From Hamiltosporidium tvaerminnensis FI-OER-3-3 (Eukaryota > Fungi > Microsporidia), in NCBI GenBank assembly GCA_022605425.2, contig JAKIMF020000007.1, forward strand, positions 310,001 to 374,000: a stretch of 64,000 nt of DNA, given 5' to 3'. The notes beneath the pieces are model-generated. The model was not told the origin of the DNA, searched no databases, and was given only the letters and a program-made list of their open reading frames with translations. The position numbers and the translations under genes were made by a program. Each line of letters begins with the position of its first letter. The first letter of the stretch is position 1. Positions 25,901-39,512 of the stretch are shown one piece after another.

Positions 25901-27779
25901 TTCTTGTTATTCAAAAATAAACATATAATATGGACAATCAAAAAGTCAGAAGTAACCTTTTGCCTCGGTTATGTACTATTACAAAGATTTTTTTGCACTC
26001 CTGATAAAGTAGTGTTCTTAAAAATTTCAAAAAATAAAGAAGAAAACGCGAAACCAACAGCTCAAAAAAGATAAAATAAGCCTCGCAATTTTCACCAAAC
26101 CCCAGTCCCCTTAACTAAACTTTATTACATTTTAATTGAGGCGAAAATTATTTCTGCAAAACGAAAAACTTACTTATAGAGATCGGGAAAGAAATGTCCA
26201 ATTCTGTAAGCACGATTTAAATTGGTTGATAGTAAACTTCTGACGATATGTAAAAAAACCACATGCCTATTCTCCATGTTCCATTTTATGGCGACTTACA
26301 CGCTAAAACAACTCACGGCTTGTAAGAAAGATCTCGAAAGTAAAATGTCGAGTTTCGGAGTTTTCAAATATCTTCTCAAGAAAAACTAGACGTAGAAAAC
26401 ACAGAACAGAAAAAATAAAAACCTCAAGACTCTCATGCGAGGGTTTAAGTTCCCCTCGTATTGAATATAATATTTCTTATGCAAACATTTAAAATAATGA
26501 GTCATGGAAGATTTAATGAAAAAAACTATAGATGTTAATATAAGAAGAAATTTGAAAAAAAAATCGTATTTTTGTCCTTTAAGTTAGATATTAGCTTTAT
26601 AGATCCGAGAGTTTTTGATTTGAGTGCATATCGATAGTCCTGATATTATCCCGAGCTTTTGGTATGGTTTTCGGAACAAATCTGATGATAGACATGTACA
26701 ATGATTTTTTTCATGAATCCAGGCCAGATACAATACACCACGTTGTCATTTGCTCCATAAATTGATGGGTTTTTTTAATTGGCTTCATACAGAAAAACTG
26801 CTGCATTGATGGATTTCAATTCTTTTTAGCAAAAAAGTTATATTTTACCAATTTTGGTATTATATGGAGATAAGATGTTTAGAATTGACCCCCTAGTCGA
26901 TTTATTTAATCGAAGGCTTTTATATCTGTGCATAGAGTTAAATACGGAAATAATTCTAAAAAGCATTAATTATCTGATATTTGCATTTTGAAATCTTACG
27001 AATAAATACATTAGCCCGTGCATTCAGGTTAAAAGTAAAAAAAAATTCGTCGGTAATATCTTCGAGCAGTCAGCGAAATAGCAAACTTCATTTTATTTTG
27101 AGTTTAAAACAGGTTATGGAAACATCAACAAAGCGTTTATACTACATCAGAGGTATATCTGTGGTTTTCGATCATGCGTAGTCTTTACAATATATGAAAT
27201 ATCACAATTTGCCTGGTTTGATATTAAGATTTGCGCATTTAAAACATAAACAAGACAACTTGATGCATCAATAGAGAGCAAAAAAAGACACAAAAGAAAA
27301 TTAGAAAGAACTTTAATGAAAGAGTACATTTTCATTTTTTATTTTTTTGTGTTATAGATTCCGTGATCCTTAAAGCCAAATGAACAAACACAAAATTTTA
27401 ATAATATAGAAGAATTTGCACGTTTGAATCACTGCTTATTAATTAAGATTTTAAGCTTTCTGCTTTAGCAGTTAAAGTCAAGACTCTGTATCTGAAGGTG
27501 CCGAATAATTCCGAAAAGTTACAAATTAGAGATGAACTAAGAGAAGACCGTCACCAATGATACGTATTGCAGATCTAATGATTTTATCAAAATCTTTTGT
27601 GTTTATAAATATATAAAAATAATAGAATATATACAATCCAAACCGATACGTAGTTCATACTAAAGCGTACAAAGAAAACTCAGAGCGAAATTTAAAGACT
27701 TTTCGCATAAAATTCAAAAATAAAATATTTTTGCGATTATTTTTTTTATCATTACATAAGAGTACCTCGACTTGAACCA

Positions 27780-28800
27780 GCAGAGTCTCCGGGTAAGATG
27801 CTGGTTGTTGGCGAGATTGCTAAAAATCACTTAACCTAGCACCTGGGATATAAATTATGGCAATGGGATAGAACAATGCACGAAATGGAACCTAAAAGAG
27901 TAGGTTGCGAGCTGAAAGTATGCGTATGAAGCACTTGACATGCAGAAAATTATGAAGAAATGCCAACCTGAAGAAGAGCTCTTAAAGACAGAGAATAAAT
28001 TTATGCCTTTACTGGAATGTCAAAAGCTTCTTGAACGTACGACATAAATTTGGAATAAAAAGTCTACAAAAACAAGTTAGGAGTGGCTCAATTCGAAAAA
28101 TCATAAAACAGAGTATAAAGGCAAGAACTTCGTTTAAATTTATATAGGGCAAGATAAATAGACTTATGATAGTACTTTACACTTTAAAGGGGTCAGTATA
28201 AATCTGTATTACTTCACGTAATAAGGCAAGTTTTTCTATATCTAAGTTAGAAATATTTTGAAGAGCAGAAGAAAAGTACCTATAGTGTAATCAGTACAAA
28301 GCAAAACTTACTGTTTTAGTCGACAAATTTTAAAAAAAATCGACACAACTCTACTAGATACAATGAAGTGCTAAAATATATACATTCCTTACTTCAAATG
28401 TCTATGATTCTAGGTCTCTAAAGGAATTGAGTGCTTCTCATTCCAAAAAATCTTGAAAGCCAGTATGCGAAACATTATTCAACATTAGAACTTTTTCATG
28501 CCAATATTCAAAATAATAAACTTGATATATTTATTTTAAATAATAGTAAAAACATAAAAACAGTTAGATCCCCGGTTGGGGCATCTGTTACTTTCGTACA
28601 GGAAAAGTTTGCGTTGTACTGGCAACCTAATTCGTCAAAAGAAAAATGCCAAAGGAACGCCTAAAACCTGGCGCAGCATTGATTTATTTGTGAATTATGT
28701 CGCTGTATGCTAAGAAATGAACGATCTAAAAAAATTTGCAACACATTTGTTTGAATATTTCCTACTCGAATATGCTTTATTTATATGAAATAGATAAACA
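27780..28800 (+). mobile_element. Old, degraded 3' fragment of the RLE retrotransposon family
   Basis: TRYNEVLKYIH (~28352-28385) and NNKLDIFIL (ORF 28431-28664) correspond to TRRHNEVVRCLH and NNRPDIFIL of the 12.6-16.4 kb copy. Confidence 0.6.
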
Positions 28801-30369
28801 AAAAAAAATTATCTGTTTTCTAAATATTTTATATTATGTATAAGTGTTGGGTTGTAGAAATATTTCTAGGAATGCCTGGAAGGGTTGTGACAAAATATTA
28901 TAGAACAATCTCCTTGAAAACAAATACAGATAAAACAGAGCATTGATTCAACCGGGTATACTACAAAATCGGTCTAATATTTTCTCATTTTCGAATGATA
29001 CGTCTAAATCAGAACCATATGCCATTAAGAGCAGGCATACCGCAAATAAAATTTATTAAAAGAGCTTAAAGGCACGATTGAATTAGTATTTGTTTTATCG
29101 CAAACCGGCAGATGAAAATAGTTAAAAGAACCGAAAAACAAATAGCACACTCTTTGAATAGGTTGGTGAAACCTCGACAGAGAGACTGACAATAAATATA
29201 AACGAATGTTGAGGTTTTTAGAGAGAAAATTCTTGTTGTCTAAGGAGCACCGGAAAATCTATAAAAAAAGTGAAAAGTTTCTTGATCTAGGATTTTATTG
29301 ACTAAAAAGGATATTGAAAGACTTGGATTTAAAGGTTAATTCGCACATAATTAGAAAAATTAGACTCAATCGCATAAACAAGTCGAAATAAATCGTTAAT
29401 TTATGAAAAATGACAAATTTAAGTTATATAATTCAACAAACATTACTACATGATAGATCGAAAATGAAGTAAAGAATTTTAAATTATTCATAATAGATCA
29501 TTGATTTTCTGGCGATAAGGATGTAGTAACAAGACCGGAATCCGACTTGCTTTGAATTATAAATTAATTTATATTATATTAGTGATTTTTAAAAAACAAA
29601 ACGGGTATATAAGAATCAAAGTGCGATGCACGACATAATATACAAATTACTATTAAAGTCAATGGTATTTTATAATAGAAATATACATAACAAAATTCCC
29701 CAACACTCAAAAAAGACTATATTGCTTATGACTTTTATTGCTTTTTAGTTTTCTATTTCCACCTAATTCTAATTTACCACATTGGAAATATGTTTAAGAT
29801 AACACCATAGTCTTATAAGATTATCATTTAAATATTAAGTATTATTAGCAAGGTTTTTTCTCTAAAAATTATTCGGAAATTGTGCAAAAAAAAATATATT
29901 TAATAGAAATATAGGTTTATAATACTATTAAATCGAAAATACGCCTTAATTCCTGTACCTAAACTAAATTTTTCTCGTGTTCTAGCACCTATTCGATGTA
30001 ATAAAAACAAATTGAATGTGTATTTTTTATTTTTTACTTTCTATCTGATATTTTACGAGATTAAAATTGATTAAACCAAAGCCCCTTGGTTTGGGCTATG
30101 AAGTTTATCTTAAGATTTTCATGGCTATTATCGTATTGTAGTTTCTTTCACTTGATGCAAGAACTCAATCAAAGCGATAATAAAGCGACTAACAACAATT
30201 ACCTTGAATGATCCAAGGCAAAGTCTCTGCACTTTTAGGCCATTGGATAAGAAATTAATAATGATTATGTTAATTTATAAAGGTAAAGACGGCTTTATAA
30301 TTTATATTATTAGCATTTAGGTTTTTTTATTTAATTTATATCTATAATAAAAAACTTGCCAAATTTATA

Positions 30370-31653
30370 TTAATTTTGAAATAATATTTCTGTTTGAAAT
30401 AATCGATAATTATTTGTTTGGAAATGAGCGTCTAGCTTTGAATTGAGATATCTAATAATAAAATTCAACTTTTCTCCAACGGGAGCATCAATTAAAAAGT
30501 TCTCACAATCCTCAATACAGGCTATTCCAGAGACCGAATTGTTTTTTCTGTTATAATCGATGTCAAATGTAACATTTTGATTCGAGGATGATTTTATCAC
30601 GAGTTTAAGTTGAAAATCATTAAATTCTGGTCCTTTCTTGCATTTTTTTATTTTCTCAGGTTTTATTAAAACGATAGAAATGTTCAAATCCAGGGATCTA
30701 AAAATACATGAATGTCTGATTATATTGTTCCGAGGTTCCTTATCAATCCAACTTCGTAAAGCTGAAACATTTATATCATATTTATTCGAACTTATATTTG
30801 TACCAACCGATGTAATATTTAGAGCTCCGATCCTTAGTGAGTGATTAGAAATAGATTCAAATCTCTCGAGAATTGAGCCATATTCTTCCTTTTCTAACTT
30901 GTAATACGAGTATTTTACATAAAACAAAGATGTGAAAGCATTTTTTAATACATTTGCCAAATTTTTCTTACACGATATTTCCTTCTTACCTTTTTTTGTA
31001 ATCAAAATGCTATGATAGCATGAAATTTGTAGATTAAAATGGACTATCAGACTTAACAAAAAGTTCTGTAGAGTAGGGTTAGTACAATACTGGCTTTCGG
31101 ATATCATTTTAACTATAATAATATCAGGGGATCTAGATATCAGGTTTAAAGTGCACCTTAAATGGTTTAAAAGTCTACTAATGAGTTCGGAAACATATTT
31201 TTGCCGCTTGAATCTACCTAAGATTCCAAAGTTACTGCGTTTTCTAAAGAAATATAATATCGAATCTATATGAATTTTACAATTTTTTCTTGTATTAAAT
31301 ATAACAATTTCGAAGTCTCTTATTTCAAAAATTAGCTCAATTATGATTTTAAAGGCTGTTACCTTTTCTTTGATCAAAGTTGTTAGATATAAAAATGTAT
31401 TTTCGAGTTTTTCTCGATACAAATAATTGAAAACTTCTAAATCACATTCATTAACAAAATTTGGTATCACTTCAAGAATCAAAAAATTGTATTCGAAAAC
31501 GATATGCATTCCTAAAACCTTTTCTTTATATTGCCGATACGCCTCTTTACAAAGAATTTCATATACAAAATCTATTTTCAACTCTTTCTTTTGAATAGGT
31601 CTAAGAGCCGAATTTATTGTCTCGCTAACGTATAAAAGAATACATAAATTCAT
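30370..31653 (-). CDS. Hypothetical 427-aa protein, possibly secreted
   Basis: Long intact ORF with a short hydrophobic N-terminus (MNLCILLYVSETINSA); no recognised domain. Confidence 0.8.
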   Translation of the reverse strand: MNLCILLYVSETINSALRPIQKKELKIDFVYEILCKEAYRQYKEKVLGMHIVFEYNFLILEVIPNFVNECDLEVFNYLYREKLENTFLYLTTLIKEKVTAFKIIIELIFEIRDFEIVIFNTRKNCKIHIDSILYFFRKRSNFGILGRFKRQKYVSELISRLLNHLRCTLNLISRSPDIIIVKMISESQYCTNPTLQNFLLSLIVHFNLQISCYHSILITKKGKKEISCKKNLANVLKNAFTSLFYVKYSYYKLEKEEYGSILERFESISNHSLRIGALNITSVGTNISSNKYDINVSALRSWIDKEPRNNIIRHSCIFRSLDLNISIVLIKPEKIKKCKKGPEFNDFQLKLVIKSSSNQNVTFDIDYNRKNNSVSGIACIEDCENFLIDAPVGEKLNFIIRYLNSKLDAHFQTNNYRLFQTEILFQN

Positions 31654-34299
31654 TACAAGCCTTATTTTTTTAGTTTTACAAATATTTTCAAATACAATTT
31701 TATCATTGAAATTAATTTAATTGATTCAACAATTATTAGAGAATAGAACTAAAATCTTACACTGTGGTCTATTTTTTAATTTAAATATTTTGAAAACTTT
31801 TTTATTTAATAAAATTCTATCATAAAACTTTTCGCCTCTTTAATATATTTTATGCACCCCTTTGACCTAATTATTCATTTTAAAATCCGATTCTATATTT
31901 ATATTTATTCTCGGTTCTCTCATCTAAAATATGAATTCTGGTATTTTTTATTTTAGTTTTTAAACACCATTGTTCTTCATAATAGCAGTTCTCAGAGTGT
32001 GAGAGTTGAGTTTTATTACATTCCGGATTCTTGAATAACTCCCATAGATACTATTTCCCGGCAAAAATTCGTATAATTATAGTACGATATATATAAGATA
32101 TTATAAATATAGAATTGCATTGTAAGAACAAAAAAAGATATATTTTCACCATACTTTTTTAGCTTACAATAAAATAAACTTCAACTTATAAATAATATAA
32201 ATGGAAATATTAAATTCCATTTTTGAAATTTTAAAGTGCAAAACATATAATTTGTTCAAATAAAAAACTATTTTCTAGACTTTTAATATCTGTATAGAAT
32301 AATTTTGTTTGTGCAACAATTAAGATTTTAAAGAATGTTAAATTACCAATACTTTTGATAAACTGCAACATTATATTATTTTAAATAACGAAAAATTCAT
32401 GGAACAGAATATTATTTTTAAAGATATTTTCATTATAAACTTACTTCATATTGTATTACATTAAAAAATATCTATTATAATCTTTATCGCACATTAAAAC
32501 TTGTAAATTTAGAAATATCAACCAAATTTCAACTTAAAAGTAAAAGATTTCATATATTTAATGATTTATACAAGAACACAAAATTTTATTTATACTATAA
32601 TAAAATAATATAATATAATATAAGTATCGTGTTGATATAAGATCCTTCGTGGAAACAAATCATATCATCCCCTCGTGTCTTAAATATCTAATAAGAAATT
32701 CTTGTTTAATAATTATCTATTTTCCTGATCTAATATGTTCCCGCTGCAAAATTTACAATTTCTTGGTGCTATTAGCCAATATATCGGCTCTGCTTTTATA
32801 TCACACTATTCAAAAGAAAACTATAAAATCTAGGAAACCTAATCCAAATATGAGATTTAAATAAATTAAAAAAATTTATAAGAGAAAATAAAAAAACCAT
32901 AGAAATCCAATTGTTTTTCTTTAATTTCGGCGCCTTGTGCTTCTTTTCAGTTATTTTTCATTATTTCTCTATACACAACTTTTTTTTTCTATATTTTAAT
33001 CTATGACATTGAATATTCTATAAAAACGAAAAAATGAATCAAATCTACTATTATAATTTTGCTAAAATATAAAAAGATTTTAATGAATGTATTAGTTAGC
33101 GTTTCAAAATTATACATTTCTTCTCCAATACATTTTATTAAATACAAGGAGCATAATAGAAAAATATTCGACAGAATAAATTAACAGATCAATGCTTAGA
33201 TTTGAGTAAAAAATGGATTCAAAAAGATAAAAAACAGTATAAAAGCTGAGAAAGCGGAAATTATTATAAATTTTAACTTCAATACTATAAAATTTATTCC
33301 AGCTCAACCATCCACTAATTCCTTTACATTCATTGATGGAAAACGTGAAATAAAATTTTTGCATTTTATTTAAATTTTTAAATCCAAAGTCGACGGTTTT
33401 ACTTTTTGATTTAATATGTTTCTATAATATTCCATTGTTCAAAAAATAGAATAAAAGATTGGGAAAACAAAGGTAGTAATAAAGTATAATTGAAATGTGG
33501 CAAAATATGAGCTAATGCGAAGAAAAGGATCCAAAAAAAAGTGGATTCAGTTCAGAAACTGTGTGGGCAAGAGATGAGTTATTTTACTTATATGTGTTTT
33601 TAAGAGAAATTCGCGCCCAAGGATATGTAACCTAAGAATTCAGATTCGGAATGGAATTTTTAATCATTAAAAAACACAAGAAAATAGAACCGATTTCGTT
33701 ATTCAATAAAAAAAATTGCACTTATTTTTGTAAATTCAAATCTTTAAATTCCACAAAAGCCTAGCTAGATTTCAAGTCGCATACTTACGTTTTCTTCTAG
33801 ACTTTTATAGTTTATTATTTACATACATATAAAAACATTTGGCCTGATATAATTTCGCTCATAGAACCGAGAATTTTGAAACTAGAATTTTGAGAAATTA
33901 AAGAAGTGTATACAAGGAACTAGAAAGAACTATGAATTATAGCTTAATTGCTATTAAACCGTAGTTCATACCAAAAAATAGAAAGAGAAAACGTATATTC
34001 TGCAAATTTACATTTAGGAAATTTTTTACGGAGCGTAATTAATTGTGAAGTATAGATCGCTGAAGTGAGATATACTCGCTTAAACCCCCTTTTCCGCTTG
34101 TGATACACCACATTTATTTCAAATATTTTTTTAGATCCTCCCCCTCATCGCTTAGACCTTTGGCCTCTTGGATTCTAAGAATTTTATATATTTAAAATCT
34201 ATTATTTTCATTCCTTCTTTAAACTCACATATATTTTTAAAAAAAAGTATTTCTTGTTCAAATTTTGTAAAGAATAAACTTAATCAAAGTTTTTACTTT

Positions 34300-35300
34300 G
34301 ACTTTCAAATCTCTCTAAGAAAATTACGCTAAAATTTTCGCTTGTATTTAATTAAAATTTATATATTATAGTTTGAAACGTATAAAATGCAATCTCGGAC
34401 TAAAAATAAAACAAAATATAATAAAAAGGTAAAATTATGCTGTTTGACCACTTTATGAGTCTCATACACCAACATTTTTACACCAATATGATGTTACTTA
34501 TAATAAAGTAAACAAACGAAGCATAAAAAAGAAAAAATGTGCTTTTGTCTTTGTAATCATATACGGTCTTTTTTTGATTTTATCTCTAACAAACAAACAT
34601 ATCAAGTATTGATAAATTTTTGTTTTTTGCATTTTTTTCTCTAGAATATCAAAATTTCTTCAATCTATCAGGAGTATTTTTTTATCCTTTGTTATATTCA
34701 GTGATTATGGTTGTTTCCGAATATAAATATTCGATTTACCCGTTCATATAAGAAGCAACCTTAAATGTCAAGTGTGTCTCATCCTTTATTCTATGGTTAA
34801 AATGGCAAAGAACAAATTTAATAGAATATAACATTATTTTAACACGTTTCGCGTATTATAAATTCCGAAAGTCTATTGATATAGCTCTTATTGAAAAGTA
34901 AAAACAAAAAAATTGATTTATTTGCTGTGCTGTGCATTTTTGTGTCATGTTTATATAAAAATATTTCTAATATACACGATCTATATTATTCCATTTTTTC
35001 GTTCTTTTTTTTTGTCAGCCATGTTTTATAGTCTGATTTATGCGACCGATCCGACTTTACGCTTGTACAAGCGTCGTTTTTCACGTATAACTCTAATACC
35101 CAGATCACTTTAGAACGTTTACCGAGGTCATTTTTTAACCTTAATCACTCGGGATTGTATTTCCGCTGTAAATCAAAGTTTTAAACTGAAATTTTCAATG
35201 AGTCTTTTACAAATTTTTAGGTCTTGTGAATACACTATTGCAGGGACAATTCTTTGTGTGTATATTATATTTATTATTGTATCACTATATCATACAAGAT
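34300..35300 (-). mobile_element. Decayed Merlin-like transposase relic
   Basis: Minus-strand IKDETHLTFKVASYMNG (~34790-34740) resembles the Merlin VQIDET.L..K....RG segment, with an upstream CP zinc-ribbon-like remnant near 35245. Confidence 0.3.
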
Positions 35301-37148
35301 CTGCACGATTCCTCATAATGAAATCTTATTCGATACGATACGATTGATTATAAACCTTCATTTTTTTCTAAAATAATCAAATATAACCATACTTTACATG
35401 CTTCATCAAACAAAAATATGTATGCTATAAGAATTCCATAGTATAATTGTCTAATTAAAGCCATTATGTCGATTTTTCTGAAATGTGTAGAGAATGCTCT
35501 GCTTTAGAAATAAGCTTATCGGTGTAGTTTACATCAATAAAATAACCTTATGTACCGAATTTCATAAATAAAAATCATCTATACTCAGTAAACGTTTTCT
35601 TTTCCACATTAACAAATATTTATTTCAATAGATTCAGCCAAATATGCGTCTATTATATTTTAAAAATATTTTTACTCATCTTTTTGCAAGCCAACTTTCC
35701 TTAGTCTTAAAGGCAAACACTACAAATTTATTTATATATTAAAAATATGGATTTTAGAAGAATAAAATTCAATGAAACTTTTTAATCATTCAGAATTCTT
35801 CGATATTGCCTGGGCTAATCACTGAATGTTAAAAACACTTTTTGCTTTAGAAACCTACTGAAAGCAAAGAATAACAAAATAGAAAAAATGGCTTGGATTT
35901 GAAATATGTCTATACTTTCTATTTTCTGGATTTCTTTGATGAAACCAAATTTAAGTTGAGATAGTTAGTAATCCATAAAAAAGTAACATCGGCATATGAA
36001 TATGAATAAAGAAAATGTATATAGATATCGAGGCATGAATAGAATAACCGTTTGAAAAACTCGGATATACATAATTTGCAAAAAGGGTATGGAAATTGAC
36101 GGCAGTATTTTTATATGGGAGAGTGATGGGTAAGGCTCTTAAAAAAAGCAATTTTCTATAGTAGATTTCTATTATTTTTTAGACCTGAAACAATTAACAC
36201 GGATTTATCTTTGCAGGATTCAAATATATTTATACATGCTTAAACCACGAATATAAGAGATTTAAAATTGTAGTATTTTACCATATAAATCAATTTATTT
36301 TTATGACAGTATATTTACTTGGTCTGTTTAAGTATATTTCATCTATTTTTTTTATATAGAACTTAAAAAGACTGCTAATTTTATTCCGCTTTGGGCTTTC
36401 TAAAGTCTTTAAAAGAAAAAATTCGAACGCTAAACTAACTTAATTTGTGCAATATGTAATATAATTATCATTTTTTAAGCAGGAAAACAAACTATCCGAT
36501 TAATTTTTTTTAAAAAAATAGTTTAAGCAAATAAAATTCAAATAAGTTGTTTTATCTATCATTAAAACCATAAACTTTTACATTTGGTTCTCTTATATCA
36601 TACCCAGTTAGAAAAACATCTTTTTAATTAAAGATTAATTATTCAGAGAACAAAAATAAAGCATAACACCGCACTGACCCATTTAAATCAAAAATATCTA
36701 AAAGATGCATCTCTTTATTCATAAAGCATTCTTATTTTTTACTTCTTATGTTATATTAGATTAAATCGATTCAATTAAAAATACAGAATTAATCTTATTG
36801 TTATGGCTTTAAGACACAACAAAAATATAAAATTTAAGTCTTATATAAAAAATTTGAGACTACAATGAACCTTAACATTTTTTAAGAAAATTTACTGTGG
36901 ACAAACATGTCCCTAATAAAATATTTTGCTATCTAATATAAATATTTAGCCGATGAAAACGACTTTTAAAAAAAATCGAAAGTTCCAAACTCTATAAGAA
37001 TATATTTAAAGATTTTCTTATATTTTATCAACTCGATTAACTATCCAAAGATTAATTTATCAAAATAAGGGATAACTTTAAATATTTTTATCGTTAATGA
37101 AAAATTATTTAATACTATTAAATTAGAAGGCATTCATAGAACATAGCC

Positions 37149-39512
37149 ATGGTTTCAAATAAAATTCTAGAGAAAAAACTATACGTTTTGCTGCTTTGTA
37201 TACGCTTCATATTGTATATATCTTCCAGCAAAGTGGTTTTTTTTGTTTTAAACGATGAGAATTGTATAACGGATTTATGTCATAGCGAAATAAATTTGGA
37301 AATGATATTTGCAGAAAATAAGTCGGTAGAGTGTATAAATGAAGAAGAAAAAATTACAATTTTTAAAAATAACATTTTACGATATGAAGCGCCTTCTAAA
37401 CAACCTAAATATTACAATCCAAATATTCATACTTTACATCATCGGAATAACATGCTATTCAATTCCAAACTCATAAAAAAATATTTGGATTCTAAAAGTA
37501 CAAATATAAAGATATTTTTAAAAGATATCTCATATCCTGCTCTACTTTTATTCCTTAAATTGATAGATAATTCAGATAGTTTTATTAGTCAGATAAATCT
37601 ACAAGATTTTTTAGATATATTATTAATTATCACCATATTAGATATTGAAAAAACAAAAGAAAGAGATTTTTTTTTAAAAGATTTATTAAGAAATGTTATG
37701 TCTGAAATGCTTAGGCAAGATTCTACTTTGTACTTTGATAATAATCTTTGTATATATCATTATAGTTATATTAAAAAGTCTCTTTTTATGGATATATGGA
37801 TATTTTTTATTAATTTTATAACATTTGATGATAAGAGTGTGGAGAGATTTATTATTTTATCGAAGAATATCGATTTGACATTTAAAAGTCTTGATATCTA
37901 TTGCAATTCCTATAATTCTGTAAAAAAGCCGCATAAAACAAATTTTACTATAAGATTAGACAATATTAGTATTAATAAAACTTATAAAATTTTTACGTCG
38001 AAATTTCTTGTGAAAACATGGATATTTTTTTCTAGAATTGCCAATTTCGACATCATTTATTTAATTTTTACAAATGAGGAAACATATGAAAAGGCGAAAT
38101 TACTATGGTCAAATGTTACATTTTATACAAGAAAATTATATATTCGTTCTTCTACAAATGTAATCGAGTTATTTTTAAACAAAAATATGCCGATTTTCTG
38201 GAATAAATTAAAAGTATTAAAATTAGAATGTAACTTGACTTTGATAGAACTTAAAAAATTATTGACTCTATGTAGTAATATAAATAAAGTTACATTGAAA
38301 TCTGAACTGTTCGATTTTGAAAGGGTACGATCGCTGATTGATTTTTATCGTTTGAATCTTGATAAAATTTGTAAAATTTTCTGTCAAACTTATGAATTCT
38401 TAAATACCGATCCTGAAATTTTACAACTGATGCCGAAAAATTTAATATTTTATTCTAGTAAATTTCAAAATGCATCAGTTGATACTGAAATTCCAATGAA
38501 ATTTATACCATTCTTGCATAATTATTATCATGACTATCAATATCAAAGAACAGCAGGTTTTCCAACTTCTTTAGCAATTCTTGATTGTTTTATGCCCAAA
38601 ATTATTAGAATCTCTATAGAATACGATTCTCCTGCTCGTGAACTCAACAATAGCGTGCTTTTATTTATGAAATATATTAAAACAATCAAATATTTGTTTC
38701 TCGTGAATATAGTTTTAAATAAAATGATGCTTATATATTTCTTGGAAACAAATACGCTTGTTTCCATAGAACTGGTAAATTCGTATTTTCTATGTAGTCT
38801 AGACTTTCTTTCCTATGGTTCCATGACAAATAGAAATTTGAAATCACTGGCTTTAAATAATTTAAAATCCCATATTGATTATAATTTTTTGATATATTTA
38901 AATAGATTTAAATGTATTCAGAGCTTTATGCTAATACATACAGAGATTGAATATTCATTGTCGCCTATAAGAAAAATTTGCAATTTTTTTCATAGTTTCT
39001 TTATTCAAGAAAATAAAAAATATTTAAAAAATCTCGAAATCAAAACAGATCTAAACGATTACAAAACCATAAATATATTATATTTTTTATCTGAAGTTTA
39101 CGATTTTTCAAAACTTCTCAATATTGTCTATTGCGTGTATAGAATTACTGAAATAGAAACCAAATTTTTTATCACAATGAAAAAACTTGAAAGTATTACT
39201 TTAAAAATTTATCACGGATCAGATTGTATTGATTTTGAAAAACTTTTCAATAAAGCGTTGTTTAGCTCTGTAGTTTTGGTAGCACTTAATGTGAATAGAA
39301 TTCGAGAAAAGGATTTCAAGTTTTTTAAATTATTTAAAAATCTTGGACTTTTGTCTTTATCAATAGAAGTATTGAACTATAAGACTGTTTCAAGTCTTCG
39401 AAAAAATAATTTTAAAACCACAGAAATAAATATAATGAAGCCTGTTCGAACCAATAGATCGAGAGAAATAAATAACTTCCTCGATGAGGAATTCGGACCC
39501 AATTTTTTTTGA
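37149..39512 (+). CDS. 787-aa multigene-family protein (hydrophobic leader, BTB/SKP1-like block, degenerate LRR region), paralogue 1
   Basis: Long intact ORF, collinear with 44456-46840 and 50583-52977; LxxLxL repeats; shared C-terminus (R.NRS.EINN.LD.EF). Confidence 0.9.
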   Translation: MVSNKILEKKLYVLLLCIRFILYISSSKVVFFVLNDENCITDLCHSEINLEMIFAENKSVECINEEEKITIFKNNILRYEAPSKQPKYYNPNIHTLHHRNNMLFNSKLIKKYLDSKSTNIKIFLKDISYPALLLFLKLIDNSDSFISQINLQDFLDILLIITILDIEKTKERDFFLKDLLRNVMSEMLRQDSTLYFDNNLCIYHYSYIKKSLFMDIWIFFINFITFDDKSVERFIILSKNIDLTFKSLDIYCNSYNSVKKPHKTNFTIRLDNISINKTYKIFTSKFLVKTWIFFSRIANFDIIYLIFTNEETYEKAKLLWSNVTFYTRKLYIRSSTNVIELFLNKNMPIFWNKLKVLKLECNLTLIELKKLLTLCSNINKVTLKSELFDFERVRSLIDFYRLNLDKICKIFCQTYEFLNTDPEILQLMPKNLIFYSSKFQNASVDTEIPMKFIPFLHNYYHDYQYQRTAGFPTSLAILDCFMPKIIRISIEYDSPARELNNSVLLFMKYIKTIKYLFLVNIVLNKMMLIYFLETNTLVSIELVNSYFLCSLDFLSYGSMTNRNLKSLALNNLKSHIDYNFLIYLNRFKCIQSFMLIHTEIEYSLSPIRKICNFFHSFFIQENKKYLKNLEIKTDLNDYKTINILYFLSEVYDFSKLLNIVYCVYRITEIETKFFITMKKLESITLKIYHGSDCIDFEKLFNKALFSSVVLVALNVNRIREKDFKFFKLFKNLGLLSLSIEVLNYKTVSSLRKNNFKTTEINIMKPVRTNRSREINNFLDEEFGPNFF

